Part shown: one piece after another, positions 1 to 8,724 of the stretch
How the letters are laid out: every line of letters begins with the position of its first letter
Numbering within the stretch: position 1 is the first letter of the stretch
Virus record (IMG/VR): IMGVR_UViG_3300049629_001705
Length of the DNA stretch: 64,000 nucleotides
Direction: 5' to 3' (one strand)
Origin: an uncultured virus (IMG/VR IMGVR_UViG_3300049629_001705)
Taxonomy: Duplodnaviria; Heunggongvirae; Uroviricota; Caudoviricetes
Made by a program: the position numbers and the translations under genes
The notes under the pieces: generated by a model
Seen by the model: only the letters and a program-made list of their open reading frames with translations
Told to the model about the DNA's origin: nothing
Database searches by the model: none

Positions 1-767
1 TCATTTATGAATCTCAACATCAAGTCATTTGTCAATTTTTGAAGATTGAAACAAAAAATTTCTTTGTTCATTTGACTTTCAAAAAAGCCATCTTCAAACA
101 TCATGTCACAAACAAATTGTGTTTTTGACGCGGTTCCTGAAGGAAAAAATCTTAAATTTTCATAATTCACCAATGAATTCAAAATTTTATAAATTTTTTC
201 ATCGTAAAACCCATCAGGGGCCATTCCCATAAGTTTTCCCTCATCTTTACACATTTTCCATTTCCCTTCGTTGTATTCATCGTAACCTCTCATGCTAGAT
301 GTGCTGAAACCCCATAAATGAGATAAACTACCAAAACCTGCGTATGGTATATTTTTTATTAAAGTCATTTTTCCATCTTCACATAAAAAAATTTTCATTA
401 CAGATTCTTGACCACCCCCGTCGTAAGTTATTGTAATTGCTTTACCTTCGAGTCCACTTGTAAAATAAGCACCGTAGGCATGAGCGGTGTGATGACTTAC
501 TCTTTCGTAAGGTTGTCCTTTGGAAATTTTTCTCAAAAATTCATCAGGTACAGGTTGAGCTATTACTCTGTAATCGGCTTCATGAAATTTGATTTTTGTT
601 TCTATTTCAGCTCTATTCAAACAAAGTTCAGCTTGAATGTCAAAATTATCACCAGCCTTTATTCTGGTCAAACGTTCTTCCTCTAAAGAAAAAATTATTT
701 CTCCATCTTCTAAGTAAGCTATACACGGGCTATGCGAGCCGGTGAACATACCGTAAATTCTACTCAT
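1..767 (-). CDS. Carbamoyltransferase (NodU/CmcH family), 3'-truncated by window edge
   Basis: Not in ORF track. Translation from ATG at 767 gives MSRIYGMFTGSHSPCIAYLEDGEIIFSLEEERLTRIK...HHTAHAYGAYFTSG...TYDGGG...DEGKLMGMAPDG, the diagnostic N-terminal motifs. Confidence 0.9.
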   Translation of the reverse strand, partial: MSRIYGMFTGSHSPCIAYLEDGEIIFSLEEERLTRIKAGDNFDIQAELCLNRAEIETKIKFHEADYRVIAQPVPDEFLRKISKGQPYERVSHHTAHAYGAYFTSGLEGKAITITYDGGGQESVMKIFLCEDGKMTLIKNIPYAGFGSLSHLWGFSTSSMRGYDEYNEGKWKMCKDEGKLMGMAPDGFYDEKIYKILNSLVNYENLRFFPSGTASKTQFVCDMMFEDGFFESQMNKEIFCFNLQKLTNDLMLRFIN

Positions 768-768
768 T

Positions 769-2436
769 TTAGTTTTTCCAAATTAAAAAATTATTCAGTA
801 CCAAATAATTTAAATTACAATTTATAAAAGTTTTTATTGCGTCATTTGGAGTTTCCACAATTGGTTCACTCGGTCCGTTAAAACTTGTGTTTAAAAGTAC
901 AGGAACCTGAGTTTTTTCATAAAAACTTTTAATAAGGGTATAAAATTTATAATTATTTTTTTCCGTAACGGACTGAATTCTTGCTGAATTATCTACATGG
1001 ACAACTGAGGGTATTTTTTCTCTCCAAGATTCCTTCACAGTTGTTGTCACTAACATATGTGGAGATAAATAATCCATATCAAATATTTCACTTTGATACT
1101 CGTAGAGAACTGCTGGAGCGAAAGGACGATACCACTCTCTTCCTTTAATGTCGGCATTTATGTGGCCACACATCCATTTTGTAATTGGTGATGCAATAAT
1201 TGACCTGTTACCCAAGGCTCTGGGACCTATTTCAGAACCATCTTGAAACCATCCAATGACTCTATTTTGTGTCAACCAATAAGTAACTTGTTCAACCAAC
1301 TCATTGAAATCTTTATATTCTTTAAAATCTAACTCAGGGTATTCATTTAAAGCGGATATAATTTCATTTTTGTGGTATGGTCTTCCGAAATAAGGTGAAA
1401 TTTTTGTTGTATTTTTTATTTCAGTCATTTTTTGATATGCGTACCAAGCACACCCGAGGGGAATACCGCTATCATCGGCAGGAGGTAAGAAAAAACAATT
1501 TTCATACAAACCTGATTTCAAAATAAGCTCATTTGAATTACAATTTAGAAAAGACCCTCCGGCCACACAAATGTTATTGGAATTGGTCATATTTTTAGCC
1601 ATTTTAGCTAAAATCAAAGAAGCTCTTTCTTGTTCCCTTTGATAAATTCCGGCAGCAACTGACCGAGAAAAGAAATCAGATGACCATTTAACTTTTGGGT
1701 AAATACTGTTATTGAGAATAGATAATTCTCCATCAATCTCTTTAACAAAATCTGGTGCTTCTGAAACTAATTTTGGGTCCCCATAAGAAGCTAATCCCAT
1801 TAGTTTACCGGCACTCCAAGTATGGTTCGAAGGTTCATACACAAGTTGTAATGTACCTTCAGAATACATGGTACCTAAAGATGTTTCTTCATTTGTGTTC
1901 CATGGAACAGGAAACTTCACCCATCTTTTATAATGTTCTTCGTAAGAATCCTTTTTTAGATGTAAAATTGAAATTCCCTCGGCCCAATCAAAATCAGGAT
2001 TTAAATCCCATTTTTTAGGGTCATACCACTCATGAGTTTTATTTTTATAAGTGATTATACTACCTGAGGCATCGGCCACAACAACAGCTGCTTCATCATA
2101 TCCCGAACTGAAAAAACTTGAGTATGCGTGTGCTAAATGATGAGGAATGAATTGAATTTTTTCTCTACTCACATGTGAGAATTTTGAAAAAAATTGGTCT
2201 TCGACGTCATCAATATTTTCAGTGGTACTATAAACAAAATAATCAATTTCCCTAATTGAACAACCTATAGCGTTCAGACAATAATTTATTGACTCAAAGG
2301 GTATTTTTCCACCTTGGTATGCCCCATCGTGTTTAATTCTCGATAATCTTTCTTGTGTTATACCGACAAGTATTCTACCGTCTTCAATTATGACCGCTCC
2401 TTTGTCGTGGCCATTAGAAAAACCTAAGACTTTCAT
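769..2436 (-). CDS. Carbamoyltransferase (NodU/CmcH family)
   Basis: Motifs ERLSRIKH, HHLAHA, GKLMGLASYG, GPRALGNRS, RPFAP, LLNTSFN. Confidence 0.95.
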   Translation of the reverse strand: MKVLGFSNGHDKGAVIIEDGRILVGITQERLSRIKHDGAYQGGKIPFESINYCLNAIGCSIREIDYFVYSTTENIDDVEDQFFSKFSHVSREKIQFIPHHLAHAYSSFFSSGYDEAAVVVADASGSIITYKNKTHEWYDPKKWDLNPDFDWAEGISILHLKKDSYEEHYKRWVKFPVPWNTNEETSLGTMYSEGTLQLVYEPSNHTWSAGKLMGLASYGDPKLVSEAPDFVKEIDGELSILNNSIYPKVKWSSDFFSRSVAAGIYQREQERASLILAKMAKNMTNSNNICVAGGSFLNCNSNELILKSGLYENCFFLPPADDSGIPLGCAWYAYQKMTEIKNTTKISPYFGRPYHKNEIISALNEYPELDFKEYKDFNELVEQVTYWLTQNRVIGWFQDGSEIGPRALGNRSIIASPITKWMCGHINADIKGREWYRPFAPAVLYEYQSEIFDMDYLSPHMLVTTTVKESWREKIPSVVHVDNSARIQSVTEKNNYKFYTLIKSFYEKTQVPVLLNTSFNGPSEPIVETPNDAIKTFINCNLNYLVLNNFLIWKN

Positions 2437-2440
2437 ATTT

Positions 2441-2707
2441 TTAATTTTCCTCCTCTTGTTCTAAATGTACTGCAGTTCCCTCAGGAATATCTTCATCACA
2501 TTTATAGATGTGAATTTTATCTGAGAATTTGAAAACAATTACTTTTTTCACTTCTTCAGAAAAATTTACTTCGCTATTTGTATCAACCACGATACCTTCA
2601 CCGTTTTTCAAAATAAAAGACAAAGCTTTTGCAAATAAGAGTGAGGGGTCTGTGTTTGTAACAGAGGTTTGTTGCTCAGGAATGTTAGTGTTTGATTCTT
2701 GTTCCAT
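2441..2707 (-). CDS. Hypothetical protein
   Basis: 88-aa ORF in operon-like packing. Confidence 0.7.
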   Translation of the reverse strand: MEQESNTNIPEQQTSVTNTDPSLLFAKALSFILKNGEGIVVDTNSEVNFSEEVKKVIVFKFSDKIHIYKCDEDIPEGTAVHLEQEEEN

Positions 2708-2708
2708 A

Positions 2709-3008
2709 TTATTCTGTTTCTTCTGAGATTATGTCACCATATTGTGACGCGGCTTTAGGATTTCTTTCCATAAAAATTTGATAAGCTACTTGATATCGCC
2801 CCAATTCAATTTGACAAGGGAAATTTTCGTCATAAAGAGAATCACAAACTTTTTGTAAATTATACAATTCAAGTTTATTTTTTTCTAATTCTTTTGTTTT
2901 CTCTGCAATCACAGAGGTACCCTTGTTTAGAGTAATCAATGTCATAATAAGTAATGAAAATAATATGACAGAAACAATCGTTAAATTTTTTTGAGAAATC
3001 ATATTCAT
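2709..3008 (-). CDS. Hypothetical membrane-anchored coiled-coil protein
   Basis: N-terminal hydrophobic helix followed by heptad-like segment. Confidence 0.65.
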   Translation of the reverse strand: MNMISQKNLTIVSVILFSLLIMTLITLNKGTSVIAEKTKELEKNKLELYNLQKVCDSLYDENFPCQIELGRYQVAYQIFMERNPKAASQYGDIISEETE

Positions 3009-3024
3009 AATTTAATAATTTTTT

Positions 3025-3513
3025 TTAATAAACGAAGGTATTTTGAAAATCATTCCAAATTTTAGAAAGGGTAACGTTTTCATTCACAAGGGTTGGAGCA
3101 AAAGGTACGTGACGAAGTTTCATTCTAGCTTCTTCTGGTGTTTTGTCGGCTTTTTTGAGGTTGCATTTTTGACAAGAAGTTACCAAATTAGTCCAACCAT
3201 TCGAACCACCTCTTGATTTTGGAATGACGTGGTCCAAAGTTAAATTTTTACTCGAGCCACAATAAACACACTCATATCCATCTCTTTTATAAATTCTATT
3301 TCTGTTTGCTCTTAGTTGTCGTGTGTAATGCCTTATGTATCGGAGCAAACGAATAATTACTGGACGAACATAAGTTTTGTATCCTGAAACAAGTGGATTT
3401 TCATCTGATTTTACAATCTCCGCTTTACCTTTATCAACAAGTATAAACCCTCGTTGTACAGAGGTTACATTCAAAGGAGTATAATCATAATTCAAAACCA
3501 ACACGTGGCTCAT
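3025..3513 (-). CDS. HNH endonuclease
   Basis: RDGYECVYCG...TLDHVIPKSRGG...WTNLVTSCQKCNLKK. Confidence 0.95.
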   Translation of the reverse strand: MSHVLVLNYDYTPLNVTSVQRGFILVDKGKAEIVKSDENPLVSGYKTYVRPVIIRLLRYIRHYTRQLRANRNRIYKRDGYECVYCGSSKNLTLDHVIPKSRGGSNGWTNLVTSCQKCNLKKADKTPEEARMKLRHVPFAPTLVNENVTLSKIWNDFQNTFVY

Positions 3514-3557
3514 AATAAAAAAATTTAAACAAATTTAAGTCAAATTATTAAAAAAAC

Positions 3558-3583
3558 AAAGGGGTCAACAATTTTGACCCCCC
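3558..3583 (-). terminator. Rho-independent terminator
   Basis: GGGGTCAA/TTGACCCC inverted repeat with a U-rich tract on the minus strand. Confidence 0.6.
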
Positions 3584-3599
3584 TTAAATATTGAATAGT

Positions 3600-3683
3600 T
3601 TAAGTTATGTTTATGGTTCGAGATTTTCCACGTCTCATAATCACCATGTTCTCATAAGTTTTCTTGAAATCCAAAAGACTCAT
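3600..3683 (-). CDS. Putative 27-aa peptide MSLLDFKKTYENMVIMRRGKSRTINIT
   Basis: Lies between a minus-strand TATTTAT motif (3702-3708) and a terminator. Confidence 0.4.
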   Translation of the reverse strand: MSLLDFKKTYENMVIMRRGKSRTINIT

Positions 3684-3740
3684 CGAAATCTATTTATGTT
3701 AATAAATATCAAATTTTGATATATTTATAAATAAATTTTT

Positions 3741-4496
3741 ATGAGATTTTTAAATTATTTTCAGGACTACATAAACGAAGCCAGGTATTACTCAGATGAA
3801 AAATTCAATTGGGTTGCTTCAAACATGGGTGGTTGGATTTTAGATAGCACAATTGATAACCCTGTGAAAATTGCGTCTCTTCCAATGTTTGATGAATTTA
3901 AAAGATGGTTATCAACAAACACAACAAAATCTACAAAATCTAACGATGATATCATTTTGGCCACGGACTATATTGATAGTTTTTTAAATAGTTTGAGTCA
4001 AAGAGACGCTCAAAATTTTATAAAAACTGCAATGGAAAGATTTCCAATTGTAAAAACCAAGATTACAAATTATCTTAAAAATGAAATACAAGATACAATA
4101 GGTAAGAGAAGAGGAAGACCCCCAGGGTCAAAAAACAAACCGAGAATTGACCTAAATGACCCAAGCATTAGAGTTATCAGAAGGGTCAAACCTGAACCCA
4201 CAGAACCAATTACTACTATTACTAAAACAGAAACCCAACCACAACAAATTCAACAACCCTCAGTTCAACAAATTGAACCAACAACAAGAGATATTAAAAG
4301 AGGAAGACCTAAATTATATTCCGACGAATTAACAAATGTAGATAGAGCTAGATTCAGACAAGAGGGAAAAGATTATTGGGAATTTTTGGAGGCGAAGAAA
4401 AGAGTTATAGATAGTAAAATTCGTCAATTTAACGCTCAATTGGAAAAAATTCAATCCAACATAGATAAGAGAAAGAAATTTTGGGACATCCAATAA
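3741..4496 (+). CDS. AT-hook DNA-binding protein, possibly capsid-internal
   Basis: KRRGRPPGSKNK and KRGRPK AT-hooks; TATTTAT upstream; YINE motif near the N-terminus. Confidence 0.7.
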   Translation: MRFLNYFQDYINEARYYSDEKFNWVASNMGGWILDSTIDNPVKIASLPMFDEFKRWLSTNTTKSTKSNDDIILATDYIDSFLNSLSQRDAQNFIKTAMERFPIVKTKITNYLKNEIQDTIGKRRGRPPGSKNKPRIDLNDPSIRVIRRVKPEPTEPITTITKTETQPQQIQQPSVQQIEPTTRDIKRGRPKLYSDELTNVDRARFRQEGKDYWEFLEAKKRVIDSKIRQFNAQLEKIQSNIDKRKKFWDIQ

Positions 4497-4545
4497 TTTT
4501 TACTAACACTTATTTTTCAAATAAAATTTCTTACTTTTGTGAAAC

Positions 4546-4619
<74 letters not shown>

Positions 4620-4624
4620 CAAAC

Positions 4625-4698
4625 GTCTTCTTAGCTCAGTCGGTTAGAGCGAGTGACTGTTAATCACTAGGTCCAAGGTTCGAGCCCTTGAGAGGACG
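4625..4698 (+). tRNA. tRNA-Asn(GTT)
   Basis: Anticodon arm AGTGA-CTGTTAA-TCACT. Confidence 0.95.
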
Positions 4699-4702
4699 CT
4701 TC

Positions 4703-4775
4703 GCCCGAGTAGCTCAGCATGTAGAGCAACTGATTTGTAATCAGTATGTCGCAGGTTCGATTCCTGTCTCTGGCT
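4703..4775 (+). tRNA. tRNA-Thr(TGT)
   Basis: Anticodon arm ACTGA-TTTGTAA-TCAGT. One acceptor mismatch, and the D-loop lacks GG. Confidence 0.88.
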
Positions 4776-4801
4776 CAAACTGAATCATATAAAAACTGAG
4801 T

Positions 4802-5155
4802 ATGGCACATCCGAATCTACACGCAAAAAGTTCAGCCAAGAAATTCGGTGGGAAACCCGAAGATTATATCCACCTCCACGAATGGTTAGACGAAACAAAA
4901 AGTTGGTTTGGAGATTCACTTCATAGAATGTTCAGACATCATTCTGAGGGTATTTTTGAGATGGAAAAAAGGTTTGGAACCGAGTTCAAAAACTCAGATG
5001 GAAAAACTGTTTATACACGTTATGTGGGCGAACAACACGTAAAAGAAGATTGTAATAACTATATACCTTCGGCAAAGGAATGGATAAACAATTTGAACGA
5101 GAATAAAAGACCCATATGGATGTTGAAAACTGTAAAATTAGAATTCGAAGATTGA
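4802..5155 (+). CDS. DUF6915-like protein
   Basis: MAHPxxHAxSSAKKFGG...HEWLDETK...HRMFRHHSEGIF...EQHVKED, recalled family pattern. Confidence 0.7.
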   Translation: MAHPNLHAKSSAKKFGGKPEDYIHLHEWLDETKSWFGDSLHRMFRHHSEGIFEMEKRFGTEFKNSDGKTVYTRYVGEQHVKEDCNNYIPSAKEWINNLNENKRPIWMLKTVKLEFED

Positions 5156-5730
5156 ATTATTCTCACAAACATAAAATTTTATGGTTCACTCCTTTGAGTA
5201 CAGCTTCGAGGTCTTGTACTCCAATTATGGAATATTTTGACTTCGACGTAATTCAAAATCATAATGAAGAAATAATTCAAGGTTGTGATGATTATACATT
5301 TATAATGAATGTTCATAATCCATATAAAAGGATTGTATCAATTTTTGATATGATTAAAAAAGAAAAAATATATTCAACTCTTAAATTTGAAAGTTGGATA
5401 CGGAAGATTGTAGATGATTCTGAAGAATCAAACACCAATCCCAATCAATTATGGTTATCAAAAATTTATTTGAACTTTAATAAAAAACCTGATTATTTAG
5501 TGAAAGTTGAAAATCTTTATGATGATTTGATGGATATAAAAATTATAGAAAATAATTTTAATGATAATCTTCAAATAATATTTTTTGAAAATATTATAAA
5601 AAATAATTACAGAGAAACAGATTGTGACTATTGGAAAAGAGAATATAATGAAGACTTGTCTAAATTCATTTTTGAAAAATTCAAAACCGATTTCGAAATC
5701 TTTGGTTACGATAAAAATAGTTGGAATTGA
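5152..5730 (+). CDS. Sulfotransferase family 2-like protein, degenerate PAPS motif
   Basis: HNPYKRIVS, DYLVKVENLYDDL and DFEIFGY resemble Sulfotransfer_2. TTG start overlaps the upstream stop. Confidence 0.55.
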   Translation: MNYSHKHKILWFTPLSTASRSCTPIMEYFDFDVIQNHNEEIIQGCDDYTFIMNVHNPYKRIVSIFDMIKKEKIYSTLKFESWIRKIVDDSEESNTNPNQLWLSKIYLNFNKKPDYLVKVENLYDDLMDIKIIENNFNDNLQIIFFENIIKNNYRETDCDYWKREYNEDLSKFIFEKFKTDFEIFGYDKNSWN

Positions 5731-5751
5731 ACATTTAATATATTTATTTTT

Positions 5752-6477
5752 ATGAAAAAAAACAAAAAAAGCCTCCCATCAATATTATCCTTAGAAGATA
5801 AAAAATATTTAAGGTCTTATACCAGATATTTCAGAGCCTTAGGAATGAAAGACGGTTTGATTGAAATTGATGTTGAAGAATATGATATAAATGACATTGA
5901 TTTTTCTGAAATAAAATCTTTTTCAAATAATTTCAAAATTGAAGTTACTGAAGAATTACAAGAAATATTCTCAAAAATTTTTAATTTTATTTACGAAAAA
6001 GGTTTGTATGATGATAATCCCGATGTAGATGATATAAATTATAGAAGAGTTGAAATTGAAATAGATACAATCACTGAAACTATATCAGTATCTGATTTTT
6101 ACACCTATTATGATACATCAGATACACGGGTATTGGTATATGACGACGAAGAGGAAATTGAACCACTTTTTGGTGCAGTGATAGAAATGGCCAATAATGA
6201 AAATATACGAGATTCAATTTTTACTTTGAAGTTTTATGGTTCTGGCGATAGTGGATATATAGAGAGTAACTTTGAGAATAATCTATCTGTCCCTACTAAT
6301 GTTGAAGATTGGTGCTATCAACAATTGTCAAACAATTATGGGGGTTGGGAAATAAACGAAGGCTCTCAAGGAGAATTTGTGTTTGATTTAAACTCACGAG
6401 AAATTACTCTCAATTTTATAGAGAACGTAGAACAAAATGTGACCAACACAATTTTTGAAGAAAAATTTTCTAACTAA
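5752..6477 (+). CDS. Hypothetical protein with DUF6878-like C-terminal domain
   Basis: FYGSGDSGYIE...GWEINEGSQGEFVFDL...ITL pattern. Confidence 0.55.
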   Translation: MKKNKKSLPSILSLEDKKYLRSYTRYFRALGMKDGLIEIDVEEYDINDIDFSEIKSFSNNFKIEVTEELQEIFSKIFNFIYEKGLYDDNPDVDDINYRRVEIEIDTITETISVSDFYTYYDTSDTRVLVYDDEEEIEPLFGAVIEMANNENIRDSIFTLKFYGSGDSGYIESNFENNLSVPTNVEDWCYQQLSNNYGGWEINEGSQGEFVFDLNSREITLNFIENVEQNVTNTIFEEKFSN

Positions 6478-6503
6478 AATTTTTTTTACTATTTTTGAAT
6501 ATC

Positions 6504-6592
6504 ACCTGAGTGTTGAAATAGGTAGACAAGAGAGACTTAAAATCTCTTGGACAGTAATGTCCGTGCCGGTTCGACTCCGGCCTCAGGTACCA
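6504..6592 (+). tRNA. tRNA-Leu(TAA)
   Basis: Anticodon arm AGAGA-CTTAAAA-TCTCT, long variable arm, encoded CCA. Confidence 0.95.
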
Positions 6593-6602
6593 AAAAAAAG
6601 AT

Positions 6603-6818
6603 ATGGAAAGACTATTTTCGCCCGTCAGTTTGATTTCGATTACCGATGCTTTAAAAGAAAAAGCGTTGGAAATTAAATATATTGGTGATATCTCCGATTT
6701 AGGCAATGAGGTCGGAGTAACCGTTGGTGAATTTTATCAAAATATGAATGAAGAAGAAATTGAGTTATTCATTCAAGGATTTAGACATGGCGTTTCACTA
6801 ACAAATGGTAATCACTAA
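6603..6818 (+). CDS. Hypothetical protein
   Basis: 71-aa ORF directly after tRNA-Leu. Confidence 0.65.
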   Translation: MERLFSPVSLISITDALKEKALEIKYIGDISDLGNEVGVTVGEFYQNMNEEEIELFIQGFRHGVSLTNGNH

Positions 6819-6869
6819 TTGACACCCTACACTTGACACTTTTATGAAAAAGAATATATTTATTTTAGT

Positions 6870-6950
6870 ATGAAAACAACGAACTATCATATAGAGTTTA
6901 GTGAGCAACAAGAAATTTGTTGGGTGACTAACCTATGCGTGGTTCGGTAA
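6870..6950 (+). CDS. Putative 26-aa leader/small peptide MKTTNYHIEFSEQQEICWVTNLCVVR
   Basis: TATTTAT at 6857-6863 upstream and a strong terminator downstream. Confidence 0.45.
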   Translation: MKTTNYHIEFSEQQEICWVTNLCVVR

Positions 6951-6980
6951 ACATTTAAACTCCTGAAGAGTTATATATAC

Positions 6981-7014
6981 AACCTCGGACTACGCAAGTG
7001 GTTCGGGGTTTTTT
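6981..7014 (+). terminator. Rho-independent terminator with GNRA loop
   Basis: AACCTCGGACTAC-GCAA-GTGGTTCGGGGTT followed by a T-tract. Confidence 0.8.
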
Positions 7015-7069
7015 GTTTTCAGAAGTTTTTTGGTTGTTTAAAATATTAGTTGTAATTTTGTTCAAGAAC

Positions 7070-7141
7070 GCTCGGTTCGACTAGTGGTTAGGTCACCACC
7101 CTTTCACGGTGGTTGCACGGGTTCGAATCCCGTACCGAGTA
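7070..7141 (+). tRNA. tRNA-Glu(TTC)
   Basis: Anticodon arm CCACC-CTTTCAC-GGTGG. Confidence 0.95.
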
Positions 7142-7158
7142 CAAAAAAAACAAAACCT

Positions 7159-7968
7159 ATGAGTAAAACATGTTTAGTTATTTACGTTGGAAATGGATAT
7201 TCCGATTTGGAAATGTCACATGATGGGGCATATACCTATTCAGTAGATATGAAAGAAAATTTTGAAAATCATCAAGAAAAAATTTTCAATCCCATTCGAG
7301 AAGAAGGTTATGAAGTAGAATTTGCTCTTCTCACAAATAAACATGAAAAATATGCGGAGTATTTCAGATTTTATAATGCAATATTTTTGGATTACGAAGA
7401 AGTAAGTTTACATGACGAAGAGGTTATGAAAAATTTTTACTTTTGGCGTTATAATGTTCCTCCAGGTAATTTTCGCAGTGGTGGAAGATTTAAAAAATTG
7501 AAAAACAAAATTCCTGAATATGACATTTATGTTATAATCAGAACAGATACTTGGTTTTTGAAAGGGCTGAATGAACTGACGGTAGATTATGATAAAATGA
7601 ATTGGTTGTGGCCCGAAACAGATTGGCAAATGTTTACCGAATTCAAAGAAGCATACCTAAGTGATGGTAAAACTGAATTTTGGCCTTGGTTAAAACATAA
7701 TCGTGTCAATGGGAATGTTTTTAATATTGTACCGAAAAAATTTTTCAGAATGTTCACAAATTATATTTGGATGGAACACGCCGCCCTTTATGCAATGTTA
7801 TCCGAACTTTCTCCTTTGGTTACTTTGGAGAATGTGAATATGATGTTGGGTATGGATAAATGTTATTGTACTGATATCAGGTATTGTCAAAATCCTGTTT
7901 ATACTTTCAACAAAAAAATTATCAAAAATAGGTCTGATGCAAAACTTGACGGTTACGGAAAAAAATAA
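7159..7968 (+). CDS. Hypothetical protein, possibly glycan-modifying
   Basis: Start set at MSKTCLV after the tRNA; YDIYVIIRTD resembles a GT-like motif. Confidence 0.6.
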   Translation: MSKTCLVIYVGNGYSDLEMSHDGAYTYSVDMKENFENHQEKIFNPIREEGYEVEFALLTNKHEKYAEYFRFYNAIFLDYEEVSLHDEEVMKNFYFWRYNVPPGNFRSGGRFKKLKNKIPEYDIYVIIRTDTWFLKGLNELTVDYDKMNWLWPETDWQMFTEFKEAYLSDGKTEFWPWLKHNRVNGNVFNIVPKKFFRMFTNYIWMEHAALYAMLSELSPLVTLENVNMMLGMDKCYCTDIRYCQNPVYTFNKKIIKNRSDAKLDGYGKK

Positions 7969-7974
7969 ATAGAA

Positions 7975-8046
7975 GGTCGGTTGGCCGAGTGGTTTAGGTG
8001 AAAGTCTGCAAAACTTTCTACACAGGTTCGATTCCTGTACCGACCT
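7975..8046 (+). tRNA. tRNA-Cys(GCA)
   Basis: Anticodon arm AAAGT-CTGCAAA-ACTTT; U73. Confidence 0.93.
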
Positions 8047-8052
8047 CAACAT

Positions 8053-8124
8053 GGTGGTTGTAGCCTAATGGTAGGGCGGAAGTTTGTGGCACTTCATGTG
8101 AGAGTTCGATTCTCTCCAATCACA
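8053..8124 (+). tRNA. tRNA-His(GTG)
   Basis: Anticodon arm GAAGT-TTGTGGC-ACTTC; encoded G-1; discriminator A. Confidence 0.9.
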
Positions 8125-8130
8125 CACAAC

Positions 8131-8204
8131 GGAAGTATAGCTCAGCTGGTCAGAGCGCTATTCTGATACGATAGATGCCAGTGGTTCGAATCCACTTACT
8201 TCCA
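8131..8204 (+). tRNA. tRNA-Ile(GAT)
   Basis: Anticodon arm CTATT-CTGATAC-GATAG. Confidence 0.92.
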
Positions 8205-8205
8205 C

Positions 8206-8724
8206 ATGAGACGGAAAATAATTTTCATAGATGTGGATGGTCCTTTGGCTTGGGGAACTTGGGGAGATGGGAGAGTTACGCTCAACGAAAATACGAAGAC
8301 CTTCACGATTCCTTATCCTTGGGTTGAGGAAGATTGTCAAGCATTACAAAAAATTTGTAATGAGACAAATGCTTCCTTGGTTATAAGCTCAGATTGGAAA
8401 AAATTTTTTAGTATAGTTCAATTAAAAAGAGTTTTCGAATATTACGGTGTGACAGCTCCAATTGTTGACATCACAACACATCAAGACCTTTGGCTTAAAA
8501 TGAGTAGACCTAGTATTGATTGGGAGAGAGCTGCACAAATTGTTAAATGGGCTAAAGACAATAAAATTTCAAATTGGATAGCAATAGACGATTTGAATTT
8601 GAAGGGAGAATTTAAATGGATGAGAATACCACAGTGGAGACATGTTCAGGTTGATGGAGATTTTGGTCAAGGTGGAAGACTCAGAGATAAAATTGATGAA
8701 TGTATTAAAAAACTTGAAAGATGA
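8206..8724 (+). CDS. HAD-superfamily phosphatase (Swiss-army-knife RNA repair HAD-like)
   Basis: IIFIDVDGPL, VISSDWK, WIAIDD. Confidence 0.8.
   Translation: MRRKIIFIDVDGPLAWGTWGDGRVTLNENTKTFTIPYPWVEEDCQALQKICNETNASLVISSDWKKFFSIVQLKRVFEYYGVTAPIVDITTHQDLWLKMSRPSIDWERAAQIVKWAKDNKISNWIAIDDLNLKGEFKWMRIPQWRHVQVDGDFGQGGRLRDKIDECIKKLER

Noticed and set aside
3025..3513. HNH gene as a mobile intron element
   Set aside because: Free-standing, with no interrupted gene or intron core nearby.
6455..6706. ORFs 6455-6676 and 6470-6706
   Set aside because: They overlap tRNA-Leu and the 6603 gene.
7084..7158. ORF-track N-terminal extensions (7084, 9325, 20858)
   Set aside because: They overlap tRNA or tmRNA genes, so downstream ATGs were chosen.
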